NCBI GenBank assembly: GCA_002451465.1
Contig: DKCJ01000020.1
Coordinates: 52,777 to 113,676 of the forward strand
From: Bacillales bacterium UBA6877
GTDB lineage: Bacteria > Bacillota_I > Bacilli_A > RFN20 > CAG-826
Direction: 5' to 3'
Length of the DNA: 60,900 bases
Positions within the stretch are counted from its first letter, which is position 1. Every line of letters starts with the position of its first letter. Positions 34,986-43,657 of the stretch are shown here, piece after piece. Under the pieces are notes generated by a model. The model did no database searches, was not told the origin of the DNA, and saw only the letters and a program-made list of their open reading frames with translations. Position numbers and translations under genes: made by a program.

Positions 34986-35013
34986 CAAGTGGATGGAAGT
35001 GGGAGAAAGTGTG
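34986..35013 (+). promoter_or_regulatory. three direct repeats with 10-nt period (CAAGTGG atg GAAGTGG gag AAAGTGT), candidate MraZ operator
   Basis: Matches the AAAGTG[T/G] + 3-nt-spacer repeat architecture reported for Mollicute MraZ. It sits between the promoter and the mraZ ATG. Confidence 0.6.
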
Positions 35014-35015
35014 TA

Positions 35016-35447
35016 ATGTTTATTGGAAGTTTTGACTATTCATTAGATGAAAAAGGTCGTCTTGTTATCCCAAGTAAATTTAGAAATGAAATAGGTGAAA
35101 AACTCTATCTCATGAAAGGATATGACGGCTGTATTTCCATTTATAAAGAATCTGACTTTAATAACGCACTTAATAAGCTTCAAACACTACAATTTGAAAA
35201 GGAGAAAGCTAGACTCCATTTGAGAGTTCTTCTCGAAACAGTTGTGGAACTTACAATTGACAAAGCCGGAAGAATTCAAATTCCAATTAAAACTCTTCAA
35301 AAATACTCAATTGGTAAAGCTGTAAAAATTATTGGACTACTTGATCATTTTGAAATCTGGGACAAAGCATCATGGGAAAAATATCGTGATGAACACGAAA
35401 AAGATTTCGAAAAAGATGCAGAGGATTTATTAAAAGATGAAAAGTAA
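35016..35447 (+). CDS. mraZ: transcriptional regulator MraZ
   Basis: MFIGSFDYSLDEKGRLVIPSKFR and a second DKAGRIQIP repeat (two SpoVT/AbrB-like halves). The track GTG start at 34989 lies in the operator. Confidence 0.9.
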   Translation: MFIGSFDYSLDEKGRLVIPSKFRNEIGEKLYLMKGYDGCISIYKESDFNNALNKLQTLQFEKEKARLHLRVLLETVVELTIDKAGRIQIPIKTLQKYSIGKAVKIIGLLDHFEIWDKASWEKYRDEHEKDFEKDAEDLLKDEK

Positions 35448-36381
35448 TGTCCATAAACCAGTTTTAAAAAATGAAGTAATTGAAGGTCTTAATATTAAAA
35501 AAGATGGCATTTATCTTGATTTAACATTAGGGAGAGCCGGACATAGTAGTGAAATACTTAAAAGACTTGGTCCTAATGGTTTATTAATAGGTATAGATCA
35601 GGATGAAGAAGCAATTGAGGCTAGCCGTGAAAAATTAAGTAAAATCGGAAGTAATTTCAAAATCTTTAAAACAAATTTTGTAAATATTAAAGAAGTATTA
35701 CAAGAACTTGGAATTAAAGAAATTGATGGAGCTTTATTCGATTTAGGAGTTAGTTCACCTCAATTTGATGAAGATTATCGTGGTTTCTCTTATCGGTTTG
35801 ATGCACCTTTAGATATGAGAATGGACCAGAATCGTTCTTTGACAGCAAAAGATATTATTAATACATATTCTTTAAAAGATTTAACTCGTGTTTTTAGAGA
35901 ATATGGTGAGGATAGATATTCTTATCAAATTGCGAAGAATATCGTAAAAAAGAGAGAGATTAAACCAATTGAAACAACCTTTGAATTGGTAGATATTATT
36001 AAATCTTCAAAACCTAAAAAAGAATTATCAATAATTGGACATCCTGCAAAACAAATATTCCAAGCATTGCGTATAGAAGTTAATGATGAATTAAATGTTT
36101 TGAATAAAGCTCTTGAAGATGTTATTCAATCATTGAAAGTTGGTGGTAGAGTTTGCGTAATATCATTTCAATCACTCGAAGACAAAATAGTAAAAAATTT
36201 ATTTAGAAAATATTCATTTATTGAGGGTAATCGTTTAAATGATTATATAGATCCAAAAAATATCAAAACACCAGATTATCGAGAAGTAAATAAGAAAGTA
36301 ATAGTGGCGAATGATGAAGAATTATTAGAAAACCATCGCGCAAAAAGTGCAAAATTAAGAATTTTAGAAAAAATTAAGTAA
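35437..36381 (+). CDS. rsmH: 16S rRNA (cytosine1402-N4)-methyltransferase
   Basis: HKPVL, DLTLGRAGHS, FDLGVSSPQFD and ISFQSLEDKIVK motifs. Confidence 0.95.
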   Translation: MKSNVHKPVLKNEVIEGLNIKKDGIYLDLTLGRAGHSSEILKRLGPNGLLIGIDQDEEAIEASREKLSKIGSNFKIFKTNFVNIKEVLQELGIKEIDGALFDLGVSSPQFDEDYRGFSYRFDAPLDMRMDQNRSLTAKDIINTYSLKDLTRVFREYGEDRYSYQIAKNIVKKREIKPIETTFELVDIIKSSKPKKELSIIGHPAKQIFQALRIEVNDELNVLNKALEDVIQSLKVGGRVCVISFQSLEDKIVKNLFRKYSFIEGNRLNDYIDPKNIKTPDYREVNKKVIVANDEELLENHRAKSAKLRILEKIK

Positions 36382-36394
36382 GGAGAATATATTT

Positions 36395-36598
36395 ATGAAA
36401 GACAAATTAGTAAGATACAATCATAAAGCTATTTATTATACATTTAAAAAAGTATTTATTTGCTGTTCAGCAATTGTTGCTACATCAATTTTAATAGCTT
36501 TACCAATAAGTTTAGGTTTAAACCTTGTTAAAGCTAACGAAAATACCAATAATATAAAAACGAATGTTAATACTAATGTTGAATTATTACGTTTTTAG
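36395..36598 (+). CDS. 67-aa single-pass membrane protein at the ftsL position of the dcw cluster
   Basis: SD AAGGAG and one TM segment (VFICCSAIVATSILIALPISLGL). Assigned by position only. Confidence 0.45.
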   Translation: MKDKLVRYNHKAIYYTFKKVFICCSAIVATSILIALPISLGLNLVKANENTNNIKTNVNTNVELLRF

Positions 36599-36625
36599 TT
36601 TTTGTTCCATTTTTTCCTCCTTTCT

Positions 36626-36653
36626 AAAAGACGGTTTAACCGTCTTTTATTTT
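36626..36653 (+). terminator. rho-independent terminator between the mraZ-rsmH unit and ftsA
   Basis: AAAAGACGG-tttaa-CCGTCTTTT followed by ATTTT. Confidence 0.65.
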
Positions 36654-36761
36654 ACTCATTTTTAACTATTTTTTTACTGAATATCTACTATTTTATCTAG
36701 CGAGCAAAATTAAATTTTTAATTGTAAATAGCATATTTTAATAATATAATTATTAATAGTT

Positions 36762-37991
36762 ATGGAAAAAGAAATTGCAGCATTAGAAATAAGAAGTAAA
36801 ACAATCTTACTCGTATTAGGTAATGTTCAAGATAACAAAGTGAATATTACAAATAAAGTCGTTAGACCACTTTCTGTCGCTTTAAAAGATGGCGAAGTAT
36901 TAGATAGTAGTAGTTTAACAAATGATATTAAAAATATCCTTACAATCGAAGATAAAGAGCATAACCTAAAGATTAATGTTAATGAAGTAGCTCTTGTTTT
37001 ACCACCTTATAGTTTAGAAGTTTATAGTAGTAGAAAACAAACAACAGTTATCTCGAGATCATATAAAATTGAAAAAATAGATATTTCAAATGATCTTATG
37101 ATGCTTAAAAAAGAAAGAATACCAAATCGAAATAACTCAATAATCGATATTATTCCAAATTTTTTTGTTATTGATGGAAATAAAAAATTTACTGAGCCAC
37201 CACTTGGTGAAACAAGTACCCAAATTTTAGTTGATGCTAATATTTATTCTTTAAATACTAATTTAGTTCAAGATTTAATGGATGCAGTTGCTCATGCTGG
37301 TATAAAAATTAGAAGAAATGTTATCGCACCTATTGCAGCATCTCAATTATTTGCAAACTATAAATATTCAGTTTCAACGTATATTTTGGTTGATAGTGGT
37401 AGAAAAACAACTAGTTTATCTTTTGTTGGTAATAATGTTGTTTATTCTTCGAAATATTTCTCATTTGGATTTGAAAATTTAATCGATAAAGTAGTTAAAG
37501 GCTTTAATTTATTAAGAGTTGATGCTGAAGAATTAATAAATTTATATGGTTATGATGATAGAAAATCAACTTTAAATCCAGCTATTTGTAAATCAACAAT
37601 TAATGGTAGAGAAGTTAAATTTTATCAAGATGATTTAAATGTTATTGTTGTTGAATATTTCCAAGAATATTTAACTAAATTAATGAGTTCACTTGAGGAT
37701 ATTGCAAATAGTTATAGCAAAAAATTAGACCCATTAAACTTAGTTTTTATCGGAGAAAACTTTAAAATAAATGGTATCAAAAACTATTTAAATAAATTTA
37801 TTAAAGGTTATATTTGTAATTTCCCAATCTTACCAAATGTAGAAATTCAAGATTCAAGTTTGGTAAATTGTGCTGGTGCAATCTTCCTTTCTTCAGTATA
37901 TAAAGGAAGTTTAGAAGATGACATGAAGGGTCGTATTGGAGAAATTAATAGAGAAAAAGAATCCTATAGCGAAACTAGAGATGAATTATAA
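36762..37991 (+). CDS. ftsA: divergent cell division protein FtsA
   Basis: IDIIPNFFVIDGNKKFTEPPLGE...AHAGIKIRRNVIAPIAASQLF...ILVDSGRKTTSLSF aligns with the B. subtilis FtsA segments DVIPKQFIVDG...AGIEI...QPLAAG...IDIGGGSTT. Directly upstream of ftsZ. Confidence 0.75.
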   Translation: MEKEIAALEIRSKTILLVLGNVQDNKVNITNKVVRPLSVALKDGEVLDSSSLTNDIKNILTIEDKEHNLKINVNEVALVLPPYSLEVYSSRKQTTVISRSYKIEKIDISNDLMMLKKERIPNRNNSIIDIIPNFFVIDGNKKFTEPPLGETSTQILVDANIYSLNTNLVQDLMDAVAHAGIKIRRNVIAPIAASQLFANYKYSVSTYILVDSGRKTTSLSFVGNNVVYSSKYFSFGFENLIDKVVKGFNLLRVDAEELINLYGYDDRKSTLNPAICKSTINGREVKFYQDDLNVIVVEYFQEYLTKLMSSLEDIANSYSKKLDPLNLVFIGENFKINGIKNYLNKFIKGYICNFPILPNVEIQDSSLVNCAGAIFLSSVYKGSLEDDMKGRIGEINREKESYSETRDEL

Positions 37992-38002
37992 GGAGCATTA
38001 AT

Positions 38003-39166
38003 ATGAACGAAGATTTAGATAATTTTGAACCGGTCGCAAAGATTTCGGTTATTGGTGTTGGTGGTGCCGGTAATAACGCAGTTAATAGAATGATTGATGA
38101 TGACATTGCTAATGTTTCATTTTATGTTGCAAATACCGATAAACAAGCATTATCTCTTAGCAAAGCTCCAAATAGATTAATTTTAGGTGAAAATCTTACA
38201 AATGGTTTAGGTGCTGGTGGTGATCCAAGTGTTGGTGCAAAAGCTGCTGAATCATCTATTGATGAAATTAAGCAAATTGTTGAAGGTCGTAATATGGTCT
38301 TCATCGCTGCTGGTATGGGTGGTGGAACAGGTACTGGTGCTGCTCCAATTATTGCTAAAGCAGCTAGAGATGCTGGTGCTTTAACAATTGGTATTGTTAC
38401 TAGACCATTTACATTTGAAGGAACTAAAAAACTTGCTTTAAGTGTTGAAGGCTTAAATAATTTAAAAGAAAATTGTGACGCTTTAATTGTTGTTAGCAAC
38501 GATAAATTATTGATGGATGCAGGTAATTTACCTGTTGGTCAAGCTTTTAGTGAATCAGATAAGGTTTTAGCTCAATCTGTCAAAACTGTAACTGATTTAA
38601 TTTTAACTCCTGCTCTTATGAATTTGGATTTTGCTGATGTTAAAGCAACATTACAAAATTCTGGAATTGCATTAATTGGTTTTGGTACTGGTGAAGGTGA
38701 TAATAGAGCAGAAGATGCAGCTTTAAATGCTTTAAATTGTCCATTAATTGAACAATCAATAAAAGGAGCTAGGAAAGCTATTTGTCACATCACTTGTGGT
38801 CCTCAAGTTAGTTTATTTGAGTGTAACGCAACTGTTCAAACAATTGTCGAACAAAGTGGTGGTAAAATCGATTTAAAATTTGGTGTTGCAGTAAATGATC
38901 AATTAACTGACCAAATTATGTTATCTATTATCGCAGGCGATTTTGATACTGAAATCGATTTCAATAAGACTGAAAAACTTGATCCATCAGCATTACTTAA
39001 AAAGGAAAAACCATCGACTGAAACTCCATTATTTAACGAAAATAATGAAGACAATAAAGATGAAGAAAATGTTGATGTTAAAGAAGATACTGAATCAGAA
39101 GAAAATAAAGAACAAAGTGAAGATCAATTGGAAGATATCATTCCAAATTTCTTAAATGGTAAATAA
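38003..39166 (+). CDS. ftsZ: cell division protein FtsZ
   Basis: GVGGAGNNAVNRM, GGGTGTGAAPIIA, NLDFADV and the C-terminal FtsA-binding peptide DIIPNFL. Confidence 0.97.
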   Translation: MNEDLDNFEPVAKISVIGVGGAGNNAVNRMIDDDIANVSFYVANTDKQALSLSKAPNRLILGENLTNGLGAGGDPSVGAKAAESSIDEIKQIVEGRNMVFIAAGMGGGTGTGAAPIIAKAARDAGALTIGIVTRPFTFEGTKKLALSVEGLNNLKENCDALIVVSNDKLLMDAGNLPVGQAFSESDKVLAQSVKTVTDLILTPALMNLDFADVKATLQNSGIALIGFGTGEGDNRAEDAALNALNCPLIEQSIKGARKAICHITCGPQVSLFECNATVQTIVEQSGGKIDLKFGVAVNDQLTDQIMLSIIAGDFDTEIDFNKTEKLDPSALLKKEKPSTETPLFNENNEDNKDEENVDVKEDTESEENKEQSEDQLEDIIPNFLNGK

Positions 39167-39184
39167 TTGATTAATTTTGTTATT

Positions 39185-39388
39185 TTGATAAGATATTAAA
39201 GTAAAAGACAAGTCTTATTTAATTTCTACTTTAGAGAAAGATTGATGTGGTGCAAAATCGAGTAATTTAAATAAGATATCACTTTGAAAAAAACATTTAA
39301 ACAAGTGATAGAAAAGTTATTTTTCTATAACTAAGGTGGTACCGCGTTTATAACGTCCTTAGATATACTAAGGACGTTTATTATTTTT
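39185..39388 (+). promoter_or_regulatory. T-box riboswitch leader, Ile specifier (AUC at 39278..39280)
   Basis: TTGATAAG...AGTA, AGAGA, GGTGCAA, specifier ATC-A and T-box AACTAAGGTGGTACCGCG at 39329..39346. The terminator AACGTCCTTAG-atata-CTAAGGACGTT (39352..39378) is followed by a T-tract. CTAAGG/CCTTAG offers an alternative antiterminator pairing. Confidence 0.9.
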
Positions 39389-39399
39389 AGGAGAATTTT

Positions 39400-42162
39400 A
39401 TGGAATTAAAAGAATCATTACTCATGTTTAAAAGTAATTTTGAAATGAGAGGTAACTTGAATCAAAAAGAACCATTATTAGTAAAAAAATGGCAAGATGA
39501 CGACATTTATAACAAAATGAATGCCGAACGAACATTAGGAGAGTATGCCCTCCATGATGGTCCACCATATGCTAATGGTGCTATGCATTGCGGACATATG
39601 TTAAATAGAGTCTTAAAAGATTTTGTTGTTAGATTCAAAAATATGCAAGGTTATAAGACACCTTTTGTTTTTGGTTGGGATACTCATGGTTTACCAATTG
39701 AAAACCAAGTTACCAAAAGTGGTGTCAATCGTAAAACAACTCCTCTCCCAGAATTTAGAGAAAAATGTAAAGAATATGCTTTAAAACAAGTTGAAAATCA
39801 AAAACAAGGAATTTTACGACTTGGTGTTTTAGGTGATTATAAACACCCATATTTAACATTAAATAAAGAATTTGAGGCTGATGAAATTCATTGTTTCGCT
39901 AAAATGGCTCTTAAAGGCTTAATTTACAAAGGACTTAAACCTGTTTATTGGTCACCATCAAGCGAATCTGCTCTTGCTGAGGCTGAAATTGAATATCATG
40001 ATGTAAAAGCCTATACAATATATGTTGCTTTTAATGTAAAAGATGGAAAAGGCATTGTACCAAATGATGCTAAGTTCATTATTTGGACAACAACACCATG
40101 GACACTTCCTGCAAATCTTGCAATTTGTGCACACCCAAACTTTGAATATGGCCTTTTTGAAACAAATTTAGGAAAATTTGTTTTCTTAATTTCATTAAAA
40201 GATAAAATATCTGAAAAATTAGGCTTTACTTCTTGTAAATTATTAAAAGAATTTAAGGGCAAAAAGCTTGAAGGCATTATATGTAAACATCCATTTTATG
40301 ATCGTGATAGTGTATTAATCAATGCTGATTATGTTACGGATTCCGATGGTACTGGTCTTGTCCATATTGCTCCTGGCCATGGTGAAGATGACTATTTAGC
40401 TTGCTTAAAATATGGTATTAAACCATATTGCCCTGTTGATAGTCATGGTAAATTAACTGAAGATTGTGGACCTCGTCTTGCAGGTTTATTTTATGAAGAC
40501 GCAAATAAAGTTGTTTTAGACATATTAAGAGAAAATGGATCTTTACTAAAAGAAGAAGACATTGTCCATAGTTATCCTCACGATTGGAGAACACATAAGC
40601 CAGTCATTTTTAGAGCAACTCCACAATGGTTCTGCTCAATTGATCCTATAAGAGAAGAATTACTTAAAGCAATAGATGATGTTCATTGGACACCTGAATG
40701 GGGATGCCAAAGAATGAAAAATATGATTAAGGACCGTAATGATTGGTGTATTTCAAGACAACGTATTTGGGGTGTTCCTCTTCCTATTATATATTGTGAA
40801 GATGAAACACCAATTATCGAAAAAGAAGTTTTTGATCATATCGAAGAAATATTTAGAAAAGAAGGCAGTAATGCTTGGTATACTAAAACCGAAAAAGAAT
40901 TATTGCCTGAAGGTTATAAAAATCCACATTCACCAAATGGTGTTTTTAGAAAAGAAAAAGATATCATGGATGTTTGGTTTGATAGTGGTTCTAGTTTTGA
41001 TGGAGTTTTAATCGAAAGAGGAACAAAATACCCTTGCGATTTATATCTTGAAGGTAGTGACCAATATCGTGGTTGGTTCAATTCTTCACTTATAATTTCA
41101 GTTGCTTGTAATGGGGTAGCTCCATACAAAAATGTTGTTTCACACGGTTATGTTTTAGATGAACATTGGGAAAAAATGTCTAAATCTGCTGGAAATGGCA
41201 TTGATCCAATAAAAATTGCTAATGTTTTTGGAGCTGATATTTTACGTTTATGGGTTGCAACAACCGATTATCAACAAGATGTTAGAATTAGTGAAAATTT
41301 AGTAAAGCAAAATGTAGAAGGTTATAGAAAAATAAGAAATACATTTAAATTTATGCTTTCTAATTTAATAAATGATAAAAATAATGAAACTTTCACCGAA
41401 AATGAAAAAGTTCCCTACGAGAACTTATCATTAGTTGATAAATATATCATTCAAAGATTACATGAAGTTACAAATAATTTTATTGATAATTTTGAAAAAT
41501 TTAGTTTCAATGGTGCAATGAATGTTTTATTCAAGTTCATTAGTGATGATTTATCATCATTTTACTTAGATATTACAAAAGATTCGTTATATTGTGATTC
41601 AAAATTAGATTTAAGAAGAAAACAAATACAAACAGTTTTTGCCGAATGTGTCTCTATTTTAATGCGTTTATTGAATCCAGTTTTACCATTTACTATGGAT
41701 GAAGTTAATAAAAACTTCTGTTTAAAAACAAAAGATAACGTTCAATTATATGATTATCCAAGTAAATATACTGATATTGATTTAAATTTAATCAAAGAAT
41801 TTCAAAATAACGTTTTATCGTTAAGAAATGACGTTTTAAAAGCTATTGAAGAAAAACGTAATGCAAATATTATTCACTCTTCACAAGAGGCTTTAGTTAA
41901 AATTAAATTAACAAACAAAGATTTATCAGAATATTTTAAAAATATTAATACTAAAGTTTTAGATGAAATATTCATTGTTAGTAATGTTGAATTTGTTAAT
42001 GATTTAACGAATGCTTATTCCGGTAAAAATGCTGAAATTTCAGTTTTACATCATCCTGGAGTAAAATGTGATAGATGTTGGAATTATTTTGATGAAAACG
42101 ATATTCATGAAGTAGAAGGTGTTCACTTATGCTCGAGATGCCAAAAAGTTCTAAAGAAATAA
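39400..42162 (+). CDS. ileS: isoleucine--tRNA ligase
   Basis: HCGH (HIGH-type) motif, KMSKS and a C-terminal Zn-finger CDRCW...CSRC. Confidence 0.97.
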   Translation: MELKESLLMFKSNFEMRGNLNQKEPLLVKKWQDDDIYNKMNAERTLGEYALHDGPPYANGAMHCGHMLNRVLKDFVVRFKNMQGYKTPFVFGWDTHGLPIENQVTKSGVNRKTTPLPEFREKCKEYALKQVENQKQGILRLGVLGDYKHPYLTLNKEFEADEIHCFAKMALKGLIYKGLKPVYWSPSSESALAEAEIEYHDVKAYTIYVAFNVKDGKGIVPNDAKFIIWTTTPWTLPANLAICAHPNFEYGLFETNLGKFVFLISLKDKISEKLGFTSCKLLKEFKGKKLEGIICKHPFYDRDSVLINADYVTDSDGTGLVHIAPGHGEDDYLACLKYGIKPYCPVDSHGKLTEDCGPRLAGLFYEDANKVVLDILRENGSLLKEEDIVHSYPHDWRTHKPVIFRATPQWFCSIDPIREELLKAIDDVHWTPEWGCQRMKNMIKDRNDWCISRQRIWGVPLPIIYCEDETPIIEKEVFDHIEEIFRKEGSNAWYTKTEKELLPEGYKNPHSPNGVFRKEKDIMDVWFDSGSSFDGVLIERGTKYPCDLYLEGSDQYRGWFNSSLIISVACNGVAPYKNVVSHGYVLDEHWEKMSKSAGNGIDPIKIANVFGADILRLWVATTDYQQDVRISENLVKQNVEGYRKIRNTFKFMLSNLINDKNNETFTENEKVPYENLSLVDKYIIQRLHEVTNNFIDNFEKFSFNGAMNVLFKFISDDLSSFYLDITKDSLYCDSKLDLRRKQIQTVFAECVSILMRLLNPVLPFTMDEVNKNFCLKTKDNVQLYDYPSKYTDIDLNLIKEFQNNVLSLRNDVLKAIEEKRNANIIHSSQEALVKIKLTNKDLSEYFKNINTKVLDEIFIVSNVEFVNDLTNAYSGKNAEISVLHHPGVKCDRCWNYFDENDIHEVEGVHLCSRCQKVLKK

Positions 42163-42746
42163 ATAATACTAATAAAAAACCATTTAAAGATTATTTTAAA
42201 TGGTTTTTGAAATCATTTATATGGCTTGCAATCTTACTTTTTGTTTTAGATATAATAACTAAATTTGTTGCTTTCTATAATTTACCAAAAAATGAATCAT
42301 TAAAAATTAATGGTTTTGAGTGGTTATTCCAATTAACTTTAACATTCAATACTGGTGCAGCTTGGGGAATGGGTGGCAATAATTTAGTTTCAAGAATTAT
42401 ATTATGCTTTATAAGTTACGCTGCAGCAGGTTTTATAATTTATTATTATATTAAAAACTTTAAAAAACTTACTAGTTTTTTAAAAGCAATTTTAATGGTG
42501 GTTTTGGCCGGAGATTTAGGCAATTTAATTGATCGTACATTCTCTTTTTTCCCACTTGATACAATCTACAAAAATGGCGTAGTAGATTTTATTGATATCA
42601 CGCCATTAATTCCAAGATTTGGAATTTTTAATTTTGCTGATAGTTGTTTATGCGTTGGTATTTTCTTATTATTAATTTATGAAATCATACTCATCATAAA
42701 AGATAAAGATAAAAAGGAAGAAAATAAAGAGGCTGACAATAAATAA
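42129..42746 (+). CDS. lspA: lipoprotein signal peptidase II
   Basis: NTGAAWG, GNLIDR and FNFADS catalytic-Asp motifs. The start is ambiguous (ATG 42129 or 42138), and both overlap the ileS 3' end. Confidence 0.9.
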   Translation: MLEMPKSSKEINNTNKKPFKDYFKWFLKSFIWLAILLFVLDIITKFVAFYNLPKNESLKINGFEWLFQLTLTFNTGAAWGMGGNNLVSRIILCFISYAAAGFIIYYYIKNFKKLTSFLKAILMVVLAGDLGNLIDRTFSFFPLDTIYKNGVVDFIDITPLIPRFGIFNFADSCLCVGIFLLLIYEIILIIKDKDKKEENKEADNK

Positions 42747-43657
42747 TGATTAAAACTTACAATGTAGAAGAAAATAACGTCAACATTAGGTTAGATAAGT
42801 ATTTGACCACGAAAGAACCTAAATATTCACGTGTTTTTTTATCAAATTTAATAAAAAATGATAAGGTTTCAGTTAATGGAAAAATAGTTTCTCCTTCATA
42901 TAAAGTAAAAAATGATGACAAAATAGTAGTAGACTTTATTGTAGAAGAATATGATCCTAAAAACTTAAAACCATATAATTTTAAGTTGGATATTATTTAT
43001 GAAGATAATGATGTTATTGTCATTAATAAACCAAAAGGTCTTGTTGTGCATCCTGGTGATGGCCATCATGATGATACGCTTGTTAATGCCTTAATATATG
43101 CCCATAAGGAACTCTCTAATTTAAATGGATTAGAAAGAGTAGGAATAGTTCATAGAATTGATAAAGATACAAGTGGACTTTTACTTGTGTGCAAAAACAA
43201 TTATTCTCATGCATTTATTGCTGAACAATTAGCAAATCATACGATGCATCGTGAGTATTATGCGTTAGTTTTAGGAAGAATTGATGAAGATAGTGGTAAA
43301 ATAATTGCTCCAATTGCAAGAGATAAAACAAATCGTATGAAGATGTGTGTAGATCCTATTAATGGTAGGCCAGCCATAACACATTTTAATGTAGTAAAAA
43401 GATACGAAAAATATACATTAGTTGACTGTAAATTAGAAACTGGCAGAACTCATCAAATAAGAGTCCACATGGATTATATAAAGCATCCTGTGATTGGGGA
43501 CCATTTATATGGAAAAAATAATTGTTTAATTTACAACAATGGACAAATGTTACACGCCTATAGATTAACTTTTATTCATCCAACAACTAAAAAAGAGATG
43601 ACATTTGAGGCACCTCTTCCAGCATATTTCACAGAGGTTTTATCTAGAATTAAATGA
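42746..43657 (+). CDS. rluD: 23S rRNA pseudouridine synthase, RluD/RluA family
   Basis: S4 domain N-terminus, HRIDKDTSGLL and TGRTHQIRVH. The start overlaps the lspA stop (TAATG). Confidence 0.9.
   Translation: MIKTYNVEENNVNIRLDKYLTTKEPKYSRVFLSNLIKNDKVSVNGKIVSPSYKVKNDDKIVVDFIVEEYDPKNLKPYNFKLDIIYEDNDVIVINKPKGLVVHPGDGHHDDTLVNALIYAHKELSNLNGLERVGIVHRIDKDTSGLLLVCKNNYSHAFIAEQLANHTMHREYYALVLGRIDEDSGKIIAPIARDKTNRMKMCVDPINGRPAITHFNVVKRYEKYTLVDCKLETGRTHQIRVHMDYIKHPVIGDHLYGKNNCLIYNNGQMLHAYRLTFIHPTTKKEMTFEAPLPAYFTEVLSRIK

Noticed and set aside
36590-36625. Minus-strand AGGAGG + ATG opening a 7-codon ORF (MEQKLKT). Equivalently, a plus-strand CCTCCTTTCT that mimics the 16S rRNA 3' end, just before the terminator.
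   Set aside because: The ORF is too short, it is antisense to the 3' end of the 67-aa gene, and no minus-strand promoter or downstream gene is evident. The anti-SD-like string may be chance. It is only worth revisiting if RNA-seq shows antisense transcription.
38122-39155. 125-aa antisense ORF (38122..38499) and 70-aa alternative-frame ORF (38943..39155) in ftsZ
   Set aside because: The antisense ORF is the Pro/Ala-rich mirror of the Gly-rich GGGTGTGAAP region. The second is the Lys-rich alternative frame of the acidic C-terminal linker.
40011-41129. Three short ORFs overlapping ileS (40011..40277, 40739..41011 and 40914..41129)
   Set aside because: They are antisense or out-of-frame within ileS.
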